Shown: positions 25,501-38,882 of the stretch, piece after piece
How the letters are laid out: every line of letters begins with the position of its first letter
How positions within the stretch are numbered: the first letter of the stretch is position 1
DNA from: Balamuthia mandrillaris
Lineage: Eukaryota
Length of the DNA: 64,000 nt
Direction of reading: 5' to 3'
NCBI GenBank assembly: GCA_031835245.2
Contig: JAVKOQ020000044.1
Span: 186,001 to 250,000 of the forward strand
The notes under the pieces: model-generated
Told to the model about the DNA's origin: nothing
The model's database searches: none
Seen by the model: only the letters and a program-made list of their open reading frames with translations
Position numbers and translations under genes: made by a program

Positions 25501-27065
25501 ATGGATGCCGCTAATCTGGAAGAAAAGGAGCTAGCTCCACGTCTCTCCACCACAGTGAACATGGTACTGCCCTTCCTCACGTTCAAACGTTTCGTCTCTG
25601 TATCCGTTTCTTTAACACAAAACAGGTGATACTAGGCACAGAAACGTCCACCAAGCACCGGTTCATCGCTTCGATAGTCGGGCAGAATCTGGGCACCAGC
25701 CCAGGAGGTTAGGAACACGTTCTATCAGCAACTCCTTTGTTTCTAACACGTACCTTCTGCAAACTCCCCTCAGTGGTACCAATGAAGCGAGTATTCCAGC
25801 TGGAAAAGGAGTCCTATTTGGTTAACTTCGACACAAACATTTGCTCATTTGACAGTATAAATCACCAGGTTTGCAGCCTCACCTTTTGTTGCTCCTGTTT
25901 TCTAAAGGACTTACAGAGCTGTCCTCCAGTGCTTTCGGCAAGGACAAGGCTTCTTGTATGTTTATAACACAAGTTCGAGAGAGAGTTTGGAGATGTTTAC
26001 AGCGTTTCGGGAAAGGGTAATGCGGGTGAAGGAGGTGGAAACGCGGTTGCCAATGATGATAGTGGCATTGGTGCCTCCACGAGGCAATCGGTTGGTCGCC
26101 ACGATGGAGGGCAAGCAACTCTCAGAGTACTTTAGTTGTTTATTCCGGGAGGTACGGATGGAGGACACAGTTCAAATGGACGATTGTGTGCTGGAGCTGT
26201 TGAAAGATATACGGACCCACGAGGCTGGATACGTCAGTAAGTATACAGTCTGCTCCATCTTTTTCGAATTCTCGTTCACCACTCCGTAACAATAGACAAG
26301 GCATCACGCCCTGAACTGGACGAGAACGATGAGACAGAGGACACCTCTGCACTTAGCGAATATGGCATCGTACGGCCTTTTCTTTCTCTCCTTCTTTTTT
26401 GTTCATTAATGTTGTCCTGTAACGCAGGGAGTGATAGGAGACTGCTTCGTTGGCAAAACGGCATTGATACGGAAGCTCACATCCAACACATACTATTCTC
26501 GCTACATAGCCACAGAAGGTACACGCTTTGCATTCCTATCTGTTCAATCTTAATCCACGTTTTTGCAGAGGATAAACTACAGAAGTTTAGGATGGTGATA
26601 GAGAATGAGCGGTGTATATTGAGAATAAACGACACTCCAGGCCTTCACGCAGGGGAGAACTGGACAAAAGAGGTTTGTTTATCACCTCCACTTATTTGAT
26701 TCAGACTGAGCGTAGTCATCTATTACTTTTGCAGTCATTGGTGCCAATGCAAGGATTCTTGCTTGTGTATAGCGTCACCTCTAAGGAGAGCTTCGACAAG
26801 ATAACCGAACTGAGAGATAAGATTGCGTCATGCAAGACAGAAACTAAAGTTCCTTTCGTTCTCGTGGGAAACAAGTGCGAGGATGTATTGAACCGGCAGA
26901 TAACTACGTCGCTGGGTTTCCAGCTGGCAAAAATGTTGGATATACCGTTCTTTGAGACGTCTGCGAAAGAAAAAGACGTTCAGGAATGCTTTTCTGTCCT
27001 AGTCAAGAAAGTCAAAAGCATCTTCCAAAGCGTTCCAACGGTGGAATGTTCGTATCTTCCTCCCT

Positions 27066-27142
<77 letters not shown>

Positions 27143-28644
27143 CTCCATTGCCACATTGCATCTAAAGGTGGAGAAGGCTCACGCGTTGTTTTATCGGTAC
27201 TACAGTGGGAGAAATGCACAAGTCAGGCATCTTGGAGAAGCAACGTGGCAAAAAGTGGCATAAACGGCTGTTTGTTCTGCGAGAGGGTAGCCTTACATAC
27301 CACCACGTGGAAGGAACGAAGAGCATGGCACAGCGTGGAGGTCTTTGCTTTGATTCTTCTACGAGGCTGGAGATTGGGGATTTCGATCCTAAGGTGGGCT
27401 TCATCTTTAGCATCACGTTCTCAGGTTTGCTTCGCTGTCTTTGTCATAATCCTTGGACGCCCATTCAAAAAGAGCGCTTCCAACCAAGGCAACTCTAATA
27501 CCCCTCTACCAACTCAGGAGAGAAGTACACATTAGCAGCAGCTACAGCCGAGGAACGGGCGTCATGGATGGGGACAGCACGACTGAATATAGCAATTGCA
27601 GAGGTAGGAGAGTCGCTGGTGGAGGAAACCATAAGACCGGTGCTGGCCCAGCTTTTGTCTAGCGTGCCTCCGTCAAACGATAAACCAAGGAAGAGCCGGA
27701 GTCTCTCCAGCATGCGGCGAGGCGAGGAGTTGACGCCATCCTCACCCCACCATGATGGGGAGAACACCAGCCCTGCTTTCTCTCCAAAGCAGACCGGTCG
27801 TTGGACCTCGGCTGGAGCGCCTGCTAGCGAAGGCGATTCATCATTCCACTGCAACAACAACAACAACAGCGAGGGAGAACGGAAGGGAGGCGAGTGCACG
27901 GAAGCCAGCGAGGCGGGGGAAGAGACCCCCTCCAGAGCAAGCGTCTATGGTGGGCTGGCCGCCTCACCCACCGGAGGCGGCGGCAGCAGCTTCAACCGTC
28001 ACACGACGCCACCCTCAAAAACTGCAGCAGCGGCAGGTGGTCGACCGACACCACCGCCACGCCCTTCTTTCATGAAGGAGCTGGCGGAGGCGCAGAGCCG
28101 CAAGCTCAAGCATAAGCACAACTCCGTGGGGGTGCCTGCTGACCTCTCTCCCCACTCCCACACCCAACACTTCATCACCGCCAATAATAACTACGCCACC
28201 GCCACAACGGTGGAGCTCCATCACAGCTCCCCTAGCGTCAGTCCTGTTGGTGGCACTGGCGGGAGTGTCCCCCGAAGGAAGAGCGGTGGTCTCCTCAGAA
28301 AGAAGCACAGCATTGCCAGATGGTTTGAGGCGGAGGACTCTCCTTCGTCATCACCGTTGTCGTCGTCTTCCTCTTCTACCTCTGCGGGAGGGGAAGGCCA
28401 CCTCCATCCGGCCGCTTCCACGGACACGTTTGGCTCGCCGCCTCCCGCTGGCATCTCGGGGAGTGGCGCAGGGTTCGCTCTGCGGCCTTCCTCACTGACG
28501 GATGAGCTTGGGCAGGGGGCCAAGAAACAGGCCAAGAAGCAGGCCAAGCTCCTTCGCAAGGAGTTCAAGAAGAAGGAAAAGCAAGAAAAGTTGAAGAGGG
28601 CGCACAGCCAACGCACACTGACTGACTCGTTTTCTCAAACGTAA
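25501..28644 (+). CDS. Tandem Ras-like domains (first degenerate) plus PH domain plus low-complexity tail
   Basis: Domain 1: QGFLYVYNTSSRESL without a P-loop. Domain 2: GDCFVGKT, DTPG, GFLLVYSVTS.ESF, VLVGNKCE, FFETSAK. PH: KSGILEKQRGKKWHKRLFVL..ERASW. Confidence 0.85.
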
Positions 28645-29274
28645 CAAGTTTCTTTGTAGTATTATTATTGCTTTTTTTTTTCCAGCAATCAACGGGGTCG
28701 ATTTGAGGATCGCAAAGTGTCTTACAATGGGGCGATAAATAGTGACAATAAGGGGAAGCTCAGAGAAACTGCTAGTTCGTTCGTTCGCTGGTTGGGTTGA
28801 GCCATTATAATGTCAACCCTCATCCAGAGCTTTGCTTTTTGGCTTCGATCTTTTGGCGCAGTATGGCCTCCCGTTGTTCGGCCGTGTTTCCATCTTTGGT
28901 CCACCAGAACACGCAAAACACTGTCATGGCACTAAGTATCACTGGAAGCGCAACGCCTGCAGGCCGCGGCCTCCTTGCAAACGAGCGGAACCAACCCATC
29001 CTCCTCCACCTCTTCTTTCTCTCTTGCTTTTTGATTTTTTCCTCCCAGATCGCTGTCTGATTGGTGGTTGGTTGTTTGATTCTGATCGTGACTTTCTATT
29101 GGCTGCCCCTATACCACACACAGAACGTTTCCAAACGGCGCCAGAGGTCTCTTGAAGTGTTCACAAAGGGTCAAAAATTTGGTTTGTGGGCGTCCCAGTG
29201 TTCTGCGGGAACCACGGGATCTAAGGGCCTTTCAGAACACTTAAACCCTTTCTTTTCAAGAATCGAAAAACAGC

Positions 29275-29802
29275 ATGTCGTCGTCGTCTTCTTCTTCTTC
29301 TTCGCAAACCGAGAGCCGTATCGCTCATCAGAATGCGGCCAGCGAGGAGGAGGAAGATAGTGAACTGTGCTCCATGAGCCAAGAGGAAGACGAAAAAGAG
29401 AAGAGCGAGGCATTTGAAGAGGGGGACTTTGAGGAGGAACAGCAGGGTTATAACACCATCTTCTTGTGCTTTTAGGTCATACGTTCCCCTCCTAACGTTT
29501 GAATAACAGACCAACAGCAGGTGCACAACCCCCCCGATTCACAACTCTTTACTCAGGCCCGCGAGTCGATAAGCCTCCGATGGGACAGCCTCAACTACTT
29601 CGTGGAAGTGAAGCGGAAAGGATGGAAGTTTGGAAAAAACAACAAGGTTATTTTTCTCAAATATCCCGTTGCATATGTTCTAACTGGTAGGCTTCACAGG
29701 CACAAATTAACAAGAAGCAAATCCTATTTGATGTGGAAGGAGCTGTGCAGGCGGGAGAGTTGCTTGCCATCATGGGTCCCTCTGGTTTGTGCAACTTATC
29801 TC

Positions 29803-29847
<45 letters not shown>

Positions 29848-29966
29848 AAGATGCTTAAACGTTGTCAACAACGAAGGGGCCGGAAAGACCACGATGCTGG
29901 ACCTTCTCGCCAAAAGAATAAAGGGAGGCACTCTTAGCGGTTCCATCTATGTGAATGTACATTGAG

Positions 29967-30012
<46 letters not shown>

Positions 30013-32184
30013 CAGCCATTCGTTAATATGTATTAAAACATATTAATACATCAGAACGAGAAACGCAGTTTGAGGAGAAAAGAGTTTGCCTACGTACAAC
30101 AGAAAGATCTGTTCATTGCCACAACAACAGTACGAGAGACGCTGTACTACGCAGCAATGCTACAACTTCGCTCAGTAGGGATGACCATGGCCCAGAAGAA
30201 AGAGCTAGTGGAGGCAGTCCTCGATGAGATGGGACTACGAACGTGTGCTGACACGCAGATCGGCGGCGAACATAAACGAGGAATCTCAGGCGGAGAAGCC
30301 AAAAGGGCAGCTATCGGTGCTGAGCTTATAACAAACCCACGTATGATCTCACGTGGGAATGTCTCCAATGGATATGTTATACTAACTGTTGTGATGCTTT
30401 GCAGAGTTGCTGTTTCTTGATGAGCCAACAACAGGATTGGATAGCGCTGTCGCGTTGTCTCTCGTTGATACGTTGAGACGATTGGCAGAGAAAGGGCGAA
30501 CCATTGTTTGCACCATTCACCAACCTCGCTTTGAGATCTTTAGCAAGTTTGATAAGCTGTTGTTGCTATCAGAGGGCAAGGTAGTTTACTTTGGGAGCAT
30601 TGCTGACTCCATAACATACTTCTCAGCACTAGGCTTCAAGTGTCCTCGATTCAAGAATCCTGCTGATCACGTTTGTGCGTTCCTCTTTCTGCTTCATTGA
30701 GAGAGAGAGAGAGAGAGAGACCATAAGTTTTTATCCTAACTTGTATGTTGTGCTGGCTGCAGTGGATTTGGTTCGAGTCGATAAGAACGACGAAAACTGT
30801 ATAACGAGTGTTGAGACCGTACAGATGCTTCAGCAGGAATGGGGCAATTCCAGCCATCGCAAAAAGTACCTGTTGCATGCTGCTGATGACTCTTCTTCAG
30901 CAGGTGCTTTGTCCCTTGCAGAGAGTAACCGCGACACAGAAGAAGTGGCTTTAGAGACAGACACGCCTCCCAATGGTTCCACCAAGTTTCTCTCTCGCAA
31001 ATGGACAGAGGTACGCTTGTTCTTGATACCAAAGTGAGAGGGAAAACACCAAAATGTTAACCTTGAAATGTTGGGCTTGAAGTTTTGGGTATTGTGGCTA
31101 CGCACCTCCCGAGATACGTGGAGAGATCCGATGTTGTTCTGGATTTCTCTCATTCAGTACATCGTGGTTGGCTTTGTGACGGGTTTCCTATGGTACCAAC
31201 TTCCACAGGACCAGGAGAGCATCAGAGACTGGCTTAGTCTCATCTATTTTTCACACCTTACTGCTGGCTTCCCCATTGGCTTGGCCGTGGTAGCTACCAG
31301 TTGCGTCCTCTGTCATCTGTTTTATATCTGCCCTTCGTCTGTTTGCTTTTCTTCCTTCTTTTACCTTTCTCATTGTCTTAATAGTTCCTCCGATCCGGCC
31401 TTTGCTGAAGAGAGAACATGAGAAAGGAATGTACAGCGGTGGAATGCTTTACCTCGTTATGGCTATGGTCAACCTTCCAACAACGCTCTTCTCTCTGCTG
31501 CTCTACACGGTGTTAATGTACTGGACGGCGGGACTACGTAACGACATCGTATCGTTTGTAGTCTATTACTTGGTGCTGTTTTTGCTGGTCGATGTCAACT
31601 ATCAGCTGGGCTTGAGCTCCACTGCCGTCAGTCCCAGCCCTGAAATAGCCAACCTCATTCTCTCCGTTCCTTTCATTCTATGGACTACCTACTCTGGCTT
31701 CTTCATTCTTCCTGACAATATCGCTGGTATCGTCTTCTCCTTATCTCTTTTGCTCTTTTCTCGTTTCTCTTCTCTTCTCTGCTGTCTTTCCGTATTTTCT
31801 TTTTTCCCTAGCTCCTCTTTCTGATAGAACGAACAACGTACCTTTAAAGCCTGGTTCATATGGTTGTACTGGAGCTCGCCGTACAAGTACGGGTTCGATG
31901 CGGTGGTGCAGCAGCAATTCGGTGATGCGAGCATTCCTTGTGAAACGGAAACGTGCACAATATCGACCGAGACCGTCCAGATCAACGGGCAGCAGGTCAA
32001 CGTGACGGAGCTCCCCGAGTTTCGGTGCCAGGTGGATGGTTGTATGCATACCGTCGATGACATAATCGACCACTTCGACTTCACGTTTGGTGTTTGGGAG
32101 GCTATCGGCATTCTAGCGGGCATCGCGCTTCTGCTCCGAGTAACCGCATTCATACTGTTTGCTCATGTTAGTCACCGCGTTTAA
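29275..32184 (+). CDS. ABCG (White family) half-transporter
   Basis: AIMGPSGAGKTTML, RGISGGEAKR, LFLDEPTTGLDS, CTIHQP, NPAD, then a C-terminal TMD. Confidence 0.95.
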
Positions 32185-32269
32185 GAAAGGATGTAAACCT
32201 TTTGTATGTTGTGTCCATTGTTGCTGCTTTATTTGCAAATAAAGAGCAGCTCTCGAGGCAAAAGAGAGG

Positions 32270-32532
32270 TTAGGTAGTTGAAACAAATGCATCTTGCAAG
32301 GCTTTGCTCAGCATTTCCGTTGTAAAGCTGTCATCGGGTTGAATGCTAAGGGCTTGATGGTAGTGCTCTATAGCAGCTTCCAAGTCAGAGGACAAATGGT
32401 AGGTGAAGCCTATTGCCGCGAAGGTGCTTGCACTATGCGGTGCATACCGAAGGCTGTTCTGATAGCAGTCTATTGCTTTCTCATAGTGACTGCGCCAAAG
32501 TTCGTTAATTTTCTCTAAAAAATGAGAGAGAG

Positions 32533-32593
<61 letters not shown>

Positions 32594-32980
32594 CAGAGAG
32601 ACAGAGACAGAGACAGAGAGAGAGCAGGGAGAGGACCAACCCAAGTTTCCGGAAGGAGTGCCCCGCATTGAAATAAATAGTTTCAGTGATGGTCGGGGCG
32701 GCGTTATCGTCGCACATGGCTAGAGCTTGTGTAAAGACTTCAGCTGCCCGTTCATATCTGGTAAAGGTAAAAGGAAAGGCCGGTCAGAACGAATTGCAGA
32801 GGTATGCTGGTGGTATTCTGATGTACTCTTTTCTTTTGAAATAAAGGACTCCAAGTTCATTGCTGATGAGTGGATCAAAGCGACAAATATTTTGTGCTTG
32901 TGTGATATATTGATCTGCCAAGTTTATGTTGTTGATCCTTCCCAACTCCATTCCAATGCACAATGAAGGAATGTGACATC

Positions 32981-33016
<36 letters not shown>

Positions 33017-34644
33017 AGAAATAAAAAGAAAAGCGGATGGCTGCACAGAAAATAGGTAACCCACCCAGCTAGTAACCGTGTGGCCGTACGATATGCAGCC
33101 ATGGCTTGGTCATGCTCTCCTTGTGCTGCAAAAGCGTGACCAAAACCAAGCCATGCTGGTCCAAAGTAGGGATCAATGGACGTTGCTTTGCTGGATTGAG
33201 TTACAGTTTTAAAAAATTGGAGTAACGAGAAAAGAAGGAACAGCAACAGCAGTAGAAGAAGAATAATAGATACCTGAAGAAGGTGCGACTTTGCTCATAG
33301 TTTTTGCAAAGAAAGTAATAGCAGCCAACAGCGTACCAAGAAATAGATATTGATGGGTTGTCATCCACAAGCTTGTGCGCGCAGTAATATAGCTCCGTTT
33401 TCAAGTTAAGCTCCACGAGTGAACTAATGTGTACACAGAGAATGGGATCTCGCGTGTATGGATCCTCCTCTAGAATTCTTTGCTCCAACAAGTTAATAAT
33501 TTGGCATTTATGGGAGAGAGAGGGAGAGAGAGAGAAGGTAGGAGCGAACCTCTTTGTCAACTGATACGCTCCATTAAAGTTGTTTCGATAAAATAGGGTC
33601 TCCGCACGGCAAGCCAACAAGCTTAGATTAGGTCTATTTCCGAAAAAGTCATTCAACAGCGCATAGCTTTCCGTTGTTTCCTCCAATTGTTGTTGCTTGT
33701 CGTACTAAACACCAATGCATCAAACCACCATAAAAGTAAAATACGAGGAGTTATAGTTGGAAAAAGAATGGGCTTCAGCATGAAAGGAGTACCTTTTTCA
33801 ATTTACAAAGATAGAGTGCTTTGAGGTAATCTGCATCCTCTGGTGTCGTCAAACTATCCATCAGCTCCTTCTCTGTTTAGTTCCACAACAAACCAAAAAC
33901 AACATGAAGAAAGAGTTAGCCTGTCCGTGCTGTGGAACAAAGAGATTCCTCATCACCTTCAGCGCTGGTGAGCATGTGGTTCTCTATCAACCGCTCAAAC
34001 GCCTCGTAGCAAAAGATATCCAGCTTGAGGGCTTGTTGATACCAGTAAGCCGCTTTGGTCCGGTTTTCTAGCGCCTCCAATATCTCTCCTCGAAGGAGGC
34101 ATAACCTCGCTTCTACCTTTGGAGTGAGTTTAGGAAATGGCATCGTAAACGAACAATTTAAACAAGAAGAAACGAGAATCGAGGAACAAGTAACGAGGAC
34201 ACGAGACTTAAGAAACCAGAAACGAGCAACGACAAACGATAACAAGAATAAGAAACAAGCAGATGAGGCGGATGGTCCAAAAGTACATCAGTGAAATGGT
34301 CGCGGTCGAACAATGGGCCACTCGTGGGTGTCCTCTTAAAGGTAACGTTCTCATCGCCCAACAGCTCCAATCCTTGTTCCCATTCTTTGCAACCCACCTT
34401 TTTGTTTTTGTTGAAAAAAGTTATTTAAAAACACATACATACTCACAAAGGCGGTAATGGACAGAGAGCGGAACGAACGAGGCATTGAGCGGCCAACAAA
34501 AGGCAACGCGGGTCCGAGTTGGAGGGATTGTCCTTGTCAACCAGCGCCTCTTTCTCCATGAGCAGGTGCAACGCTCTTCGGTACTGCTCCGTGCGGTAAT
34601 AGGCTGTGGCCAGCAAGTAGACTGCCTCTGCCGAACCTTTTTTT

Positions 34645-34682
<38 letters not shown>

Positions 34683-35072
34683 GGTCAATTGAGTGTGATG
34701 GAAAGGAAAAAGAAAGTAAGCAATGGTACCATTGGTAAGGGTGACAAGCTTGTCGCCAAAGAACAAGGCGGTGGGCAGCATGCCCTGGTCCAAGCTCTGC
34801 TTCACCACTCTGCGCAGCGTGTCGACACTGCCGTCCTTGCGACCCTGATGATGGGGTTGTGGTTGCTCCGCCTTTTTGCCGGAAAAAGCTCTCTTTGAGT
34901 TTGTGCCTTGGCGAGAAAGCAGGAAGAGATCCGAATCCCTCCGTCCCGCCGTCGTGGCAGTAGGCATGCCTACTTTTTCTTTTCCCTTGCTTCGTGCCTG
35001 CTGCTGTCCTTTGCGAAGAACTGTCTTCGCGGCGGAGGCTTCCTCTCCTCGCGTCGTCTTGGTTCTCTCCAT
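32270..35072 (-). CDS. CDC16: Anaphase-promoting complex subunit 6 (Cdc16/Cut9)
   Basis: TALFFGDKL, CYEAFERL, SWYAVGCYY, FGPAWLGFGHAFAAQGEHDQAMAAYRTA, N.GHSFRKL; TPR repeats. Confidence 0.95.
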
Positions 35073-35385
35073 CTTCCGCTGGTGCACCTCCTCTTCCCCC
35101 TTCTCTTTCTTTTCTTCCTCGGTCTTTGTTGTTGTCGACACAGGGTGTTTTTTTGGCGGGAACACCTGTCGTGTCGACGTGGCCGTAATTTCGCGGGGGA
35201 ACAGGTCGACACGAAAACGTCGACAACTAACGAAGGAAAAAGAAAGAAAAGGGAGGAAGCGGCGGAGAGGCTCAAAGCTCTTGATCGACCAGCTGCCCTT
35301 TAATTTTAGCCTTTGTGGCACACTGCGTGAGCGACAGACGAAGACGCCATAGAAAGGTTTTTTTGCGTGTTCTTAGAAAAAAAGA

Positions 35386-37939
35386 ATGAATCCAGGCTAC
35401 CCTCACCCACCCATGATGGGACATCACCCTGGGGGTCCGCCGATGCCGTACCCTCAACCAGGGCAGTACCCTCCTCCCTACATGCAAGCACCACCTCCTT
35501 ACGCTCCTTATGCCCCCATGCCAGGTTCTCTTCGTTCTCTCTCCTTCTTCATTTTTCCCCATTGCAAAAGTTTAATCTTTGATTTTTATTATAATTATTG
35601 TCAAACGCTGACTAACAAAAAGGGCCATACGGGCACATGGCACCCCATCCTCACATGATGCCTATGAACCGGCCGATGCCAACAACGCCCACACCAATGC
35701 CAATGCCCACACCTCTCATGGCGGGTAGACCTGCCACTGCCATTCCCTCCCCTCAGCTGAACATCCCTGCGGCCTCTGCACGGGCTGCCCCCCACTCCAA
35801 GACGCCTTTGCTTCCCACGCCCGCTACCGCCATGAGCCCAACAGCCACCGCTCAACAAACAACTGCATATGTTGGAAAAATTGCTCCCACTGTTGAGGAC
35901 GATTTTCTTCAAGCCATTCTTGAGGTTTGTCTTCCTCTTCCCTCTTTCCAATCTCTCTCACACTCTCTCTCTGTTTTTCTATTTTACCCTCTTACTTTAT
36001 CGGAACAGCAATGTGGAACAGTTGCAAGCTGGAAGCGGATCAAAGACCCACTTACAGACCAAAACAAAAGTTTCGGGTTTTGTAAATATGAGAACCCAGA
36101 GGGCTTGTTGTGCGCTTTGAGAGTGTTGAACGACTTTGAGCTGGAGGGTAGCAAGCTCCTTATTCAAGTGGATGACAAAACAAAAAAGTTTTTGGAGGAG
36201 TACAAGAAAAGAGGAGGGAACGGACTATTGCCGACCCCTCAACAACCTCCCATCGCTACTTCCACAGAAAATGGAACCAGTGGAGCCAATACAGAACAGG
36301 GAGACGGAGCACAGAAGCCGCCGACGGAGGAAGAACAGGATAATCAAGCGAGGGAAAAGATAAATAAGATGGTACTGGAGCGGAAGACAGGAGACTTTTT
36401 CAAGCAAATAGAAGAGATGAAGGTGGAGTCCGCGGAAGCCAGCAGTGCTATGGAGACTGCTGTGGAGGAGGGCGAAACGATCGCTGGTCACGAAATAGAC
36501 AAACACAAGGCCGTACTGGTGACGCAAGAGATACAAAACTTTCGTGTTCGACAAGCCGCTCGCGACAAGGAGAAGGAAAGCAAAGAGAAGGAGGGTTCCT
36601 CGAGGCCAGAAAAGAGTGTCGTTGAGAAGGAATGGGAAAGGGAACTTAGGGAACAGGAAAGGGAGCGTGCCAGAATCCGAGAACAAAGAAGCAGAGAACG
36701 GGAACAGTTGAGAAGAAGAAGGGAAAAGGAAGAGCATGATTTCAAAAAGCTGGAGAGGCAGTGGGAGGAGAGAGAACGAGAGATAGAGAAAGCCAGGAGG
36801 ACGAGGGAGAGAGACCAGGAGAGAGAGTACCATAGGCAGGTTGAAAAAGAGGTCGAGTTTGATGAAGACTACGAGAGGCGGAGAAAGAGAAAGCTTAACG
36901 ACGCCTCGTTGGCTAGAGAAAAAGAAAGGCGAAAGAGAGAAAGAGAACGAGAGGAGGAACTAGATGAAGAAGACCGAAGAAACGAGCGGGAGGAAGAACT
37001 ACAAAAGCAAAGAGAGATGGAAGAAGCCAAAAGGCGACAGGAAGAGGAAGAGGAGGAAGGTGCTCCCTCTACAGAAGCTGTTCCCTCTTTATCGTTGAGG
37101 CTTTCCGACATTGACTCTCGTATCAGCAAAGCTAGAAGACTGGGTTTCGAGCTGCCAACAATGGCAGGACCCAAGATCTCGGTCACGCCTGGCTTCAATC
37201 CAGACGAACAGCAAGACCAGCTCTGGACAAGACCCAAGAAACGAAAGAAGCTCATCACGCTGGAGCCTCTTCGCAGCGAAGACCAAATCCGAAAAGAGCG
37301 TGAGGAGGAAGCTAAGCAGATTGTCGCTGAGATACCAATGGAGAAGGAACCTCTTTTTGCATACGCTATCGATTGGGCTACTGTTGATGAGGTAACACTC
37401 CTTCTCTTTTCGCTCCCCCTCCCCCCTCCTCTTCGCTCCTCCTCTTCTTTTGCTTGATCCCTTTGCTAACATTCCTTTGCAGACGTCTCTTGTGGACAAG
37501 AAGATGAGACCCTGGGTGGCCAAGAAAGTAGTCGAATACTTGGGAGAGGAAGAACCCACTCTGATCAACTTTATCCTTACTAAGCTTTCCACTCACATAG
37601 CCCCAAAAGAGCTTTTGGAACAATTGAACTTTGTGTTTGAGGAGGAAGCGGAGAAATTTGTCTTTAAGCTTTGGAGGTTTGCCTCTCTTTCTCTCTCTCA
37701 CTGTTGTCGTTTTTCTTGTTTCTTGTCTTTTCTTTCCTTCTTTTTGTTTGTCTTTCTTGCTTTCTTTATATCTTTCTATCACGCTTTCTTTTTTTCATTT
37801 TGAAAGTTAATTTGTTTCATGCCTCATCATCGCTGCTTTTTTTTTCTCTTCTTGTTCTATCCGAAACAGAATGCTTATTTTCGAGATGAGGAGAGCACAA
37901 AAAGAAAAAGAGCGGCAGCCCAGTCCCGAAGAAGACTGA
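35386..37939 (+). CDS. RBM25: RBM25/Snu71-like splicing factor (RRM, RE-rich region, PWI)
   Basis: AYVGKI, CG.V.SWKR, FGFC.Y, IP..KE.LFAY.IDW, RPWVAKKVVEYLGEEEPTL, FV.KLWRMLIFE. Confidence 0.93.
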
Positions 37940-38818
37940 AAGGAAAACAACATTGCAAACAATTCTGTCAAGTACGGTTTTTCTACCTCCTCACTCAGTT
38001 TTTTTTCCTTTTGTTACTTTGTTACTGGTTTTATTCTATTCTATTCTATTTATCTATCTCTATTGGCTATTTCTATGGTGACGATGATGGCCCTTACTTT
38101 GACTTTAGCGTATTTCTCTCCGTCCCTTTCTTTTTCTTTTCTTCCTTCTTTTCTTTTGTGTTAAAAAGCCCTCAGAACATCACCACTGTCACTGTCCTTC
38201 TCTCTCTCTCTCTCTCTCTCCCTAGACAAAACTCAACAGAGTCAAGGCCTCTTCTAAAGTTGTAGGACAGAAAAAAGTTGTTCTCTCCTAAAGGTTTCTG
38301 TTCTTGTTCTTGTTGTTCATTTTTTTCCCTTTGTCTTTCCTATTGTTTGCTTCTTCGCTCTCTCACATCAACCAAACCGGTTTGGATGGATGGATAAACG
38401 GAAGGATAGAGAGCAGACAAGACGCGGTGGTGCTTGTTGTTTAGTCGTAAGAGAAAGGTATGCATGTACTCTTTGCACCCTTTGTTGTTCCTTAGGCAAG
38501 CGTTTTCATGGGCGTGTGCTATAGCAAAGAGCAAAGGTTGGTTCTTATTTTTTTTCCCCTTTGTTTGGTTGTTTTTTTTTGAGATCGTCTGGTCCAATGA
38601 GAATTCAAAGTTTCATTTTGATTTGATTTTCTATTGGATATAAAATTCCGTTGCGTACTTAAAAGGAAATCTCAACCTAACGCTTCACCCAACAACCGCA
38701 ACAAAAAAATTTTAAAATTGGCGGTGACCGCGAAGAAAGAAAAAAGTTAACAGGCTTCGAAAGAGCGATAAGTAAGCTAGTTGGCTTAATTTGGTGCCGA
38801 ACGCATAACAGTACATAT

Positions 38819-38842
38819 ATGATGTACGGCTTGCCTTTCATC

Positions 38843-38882
<40 letters not shown>

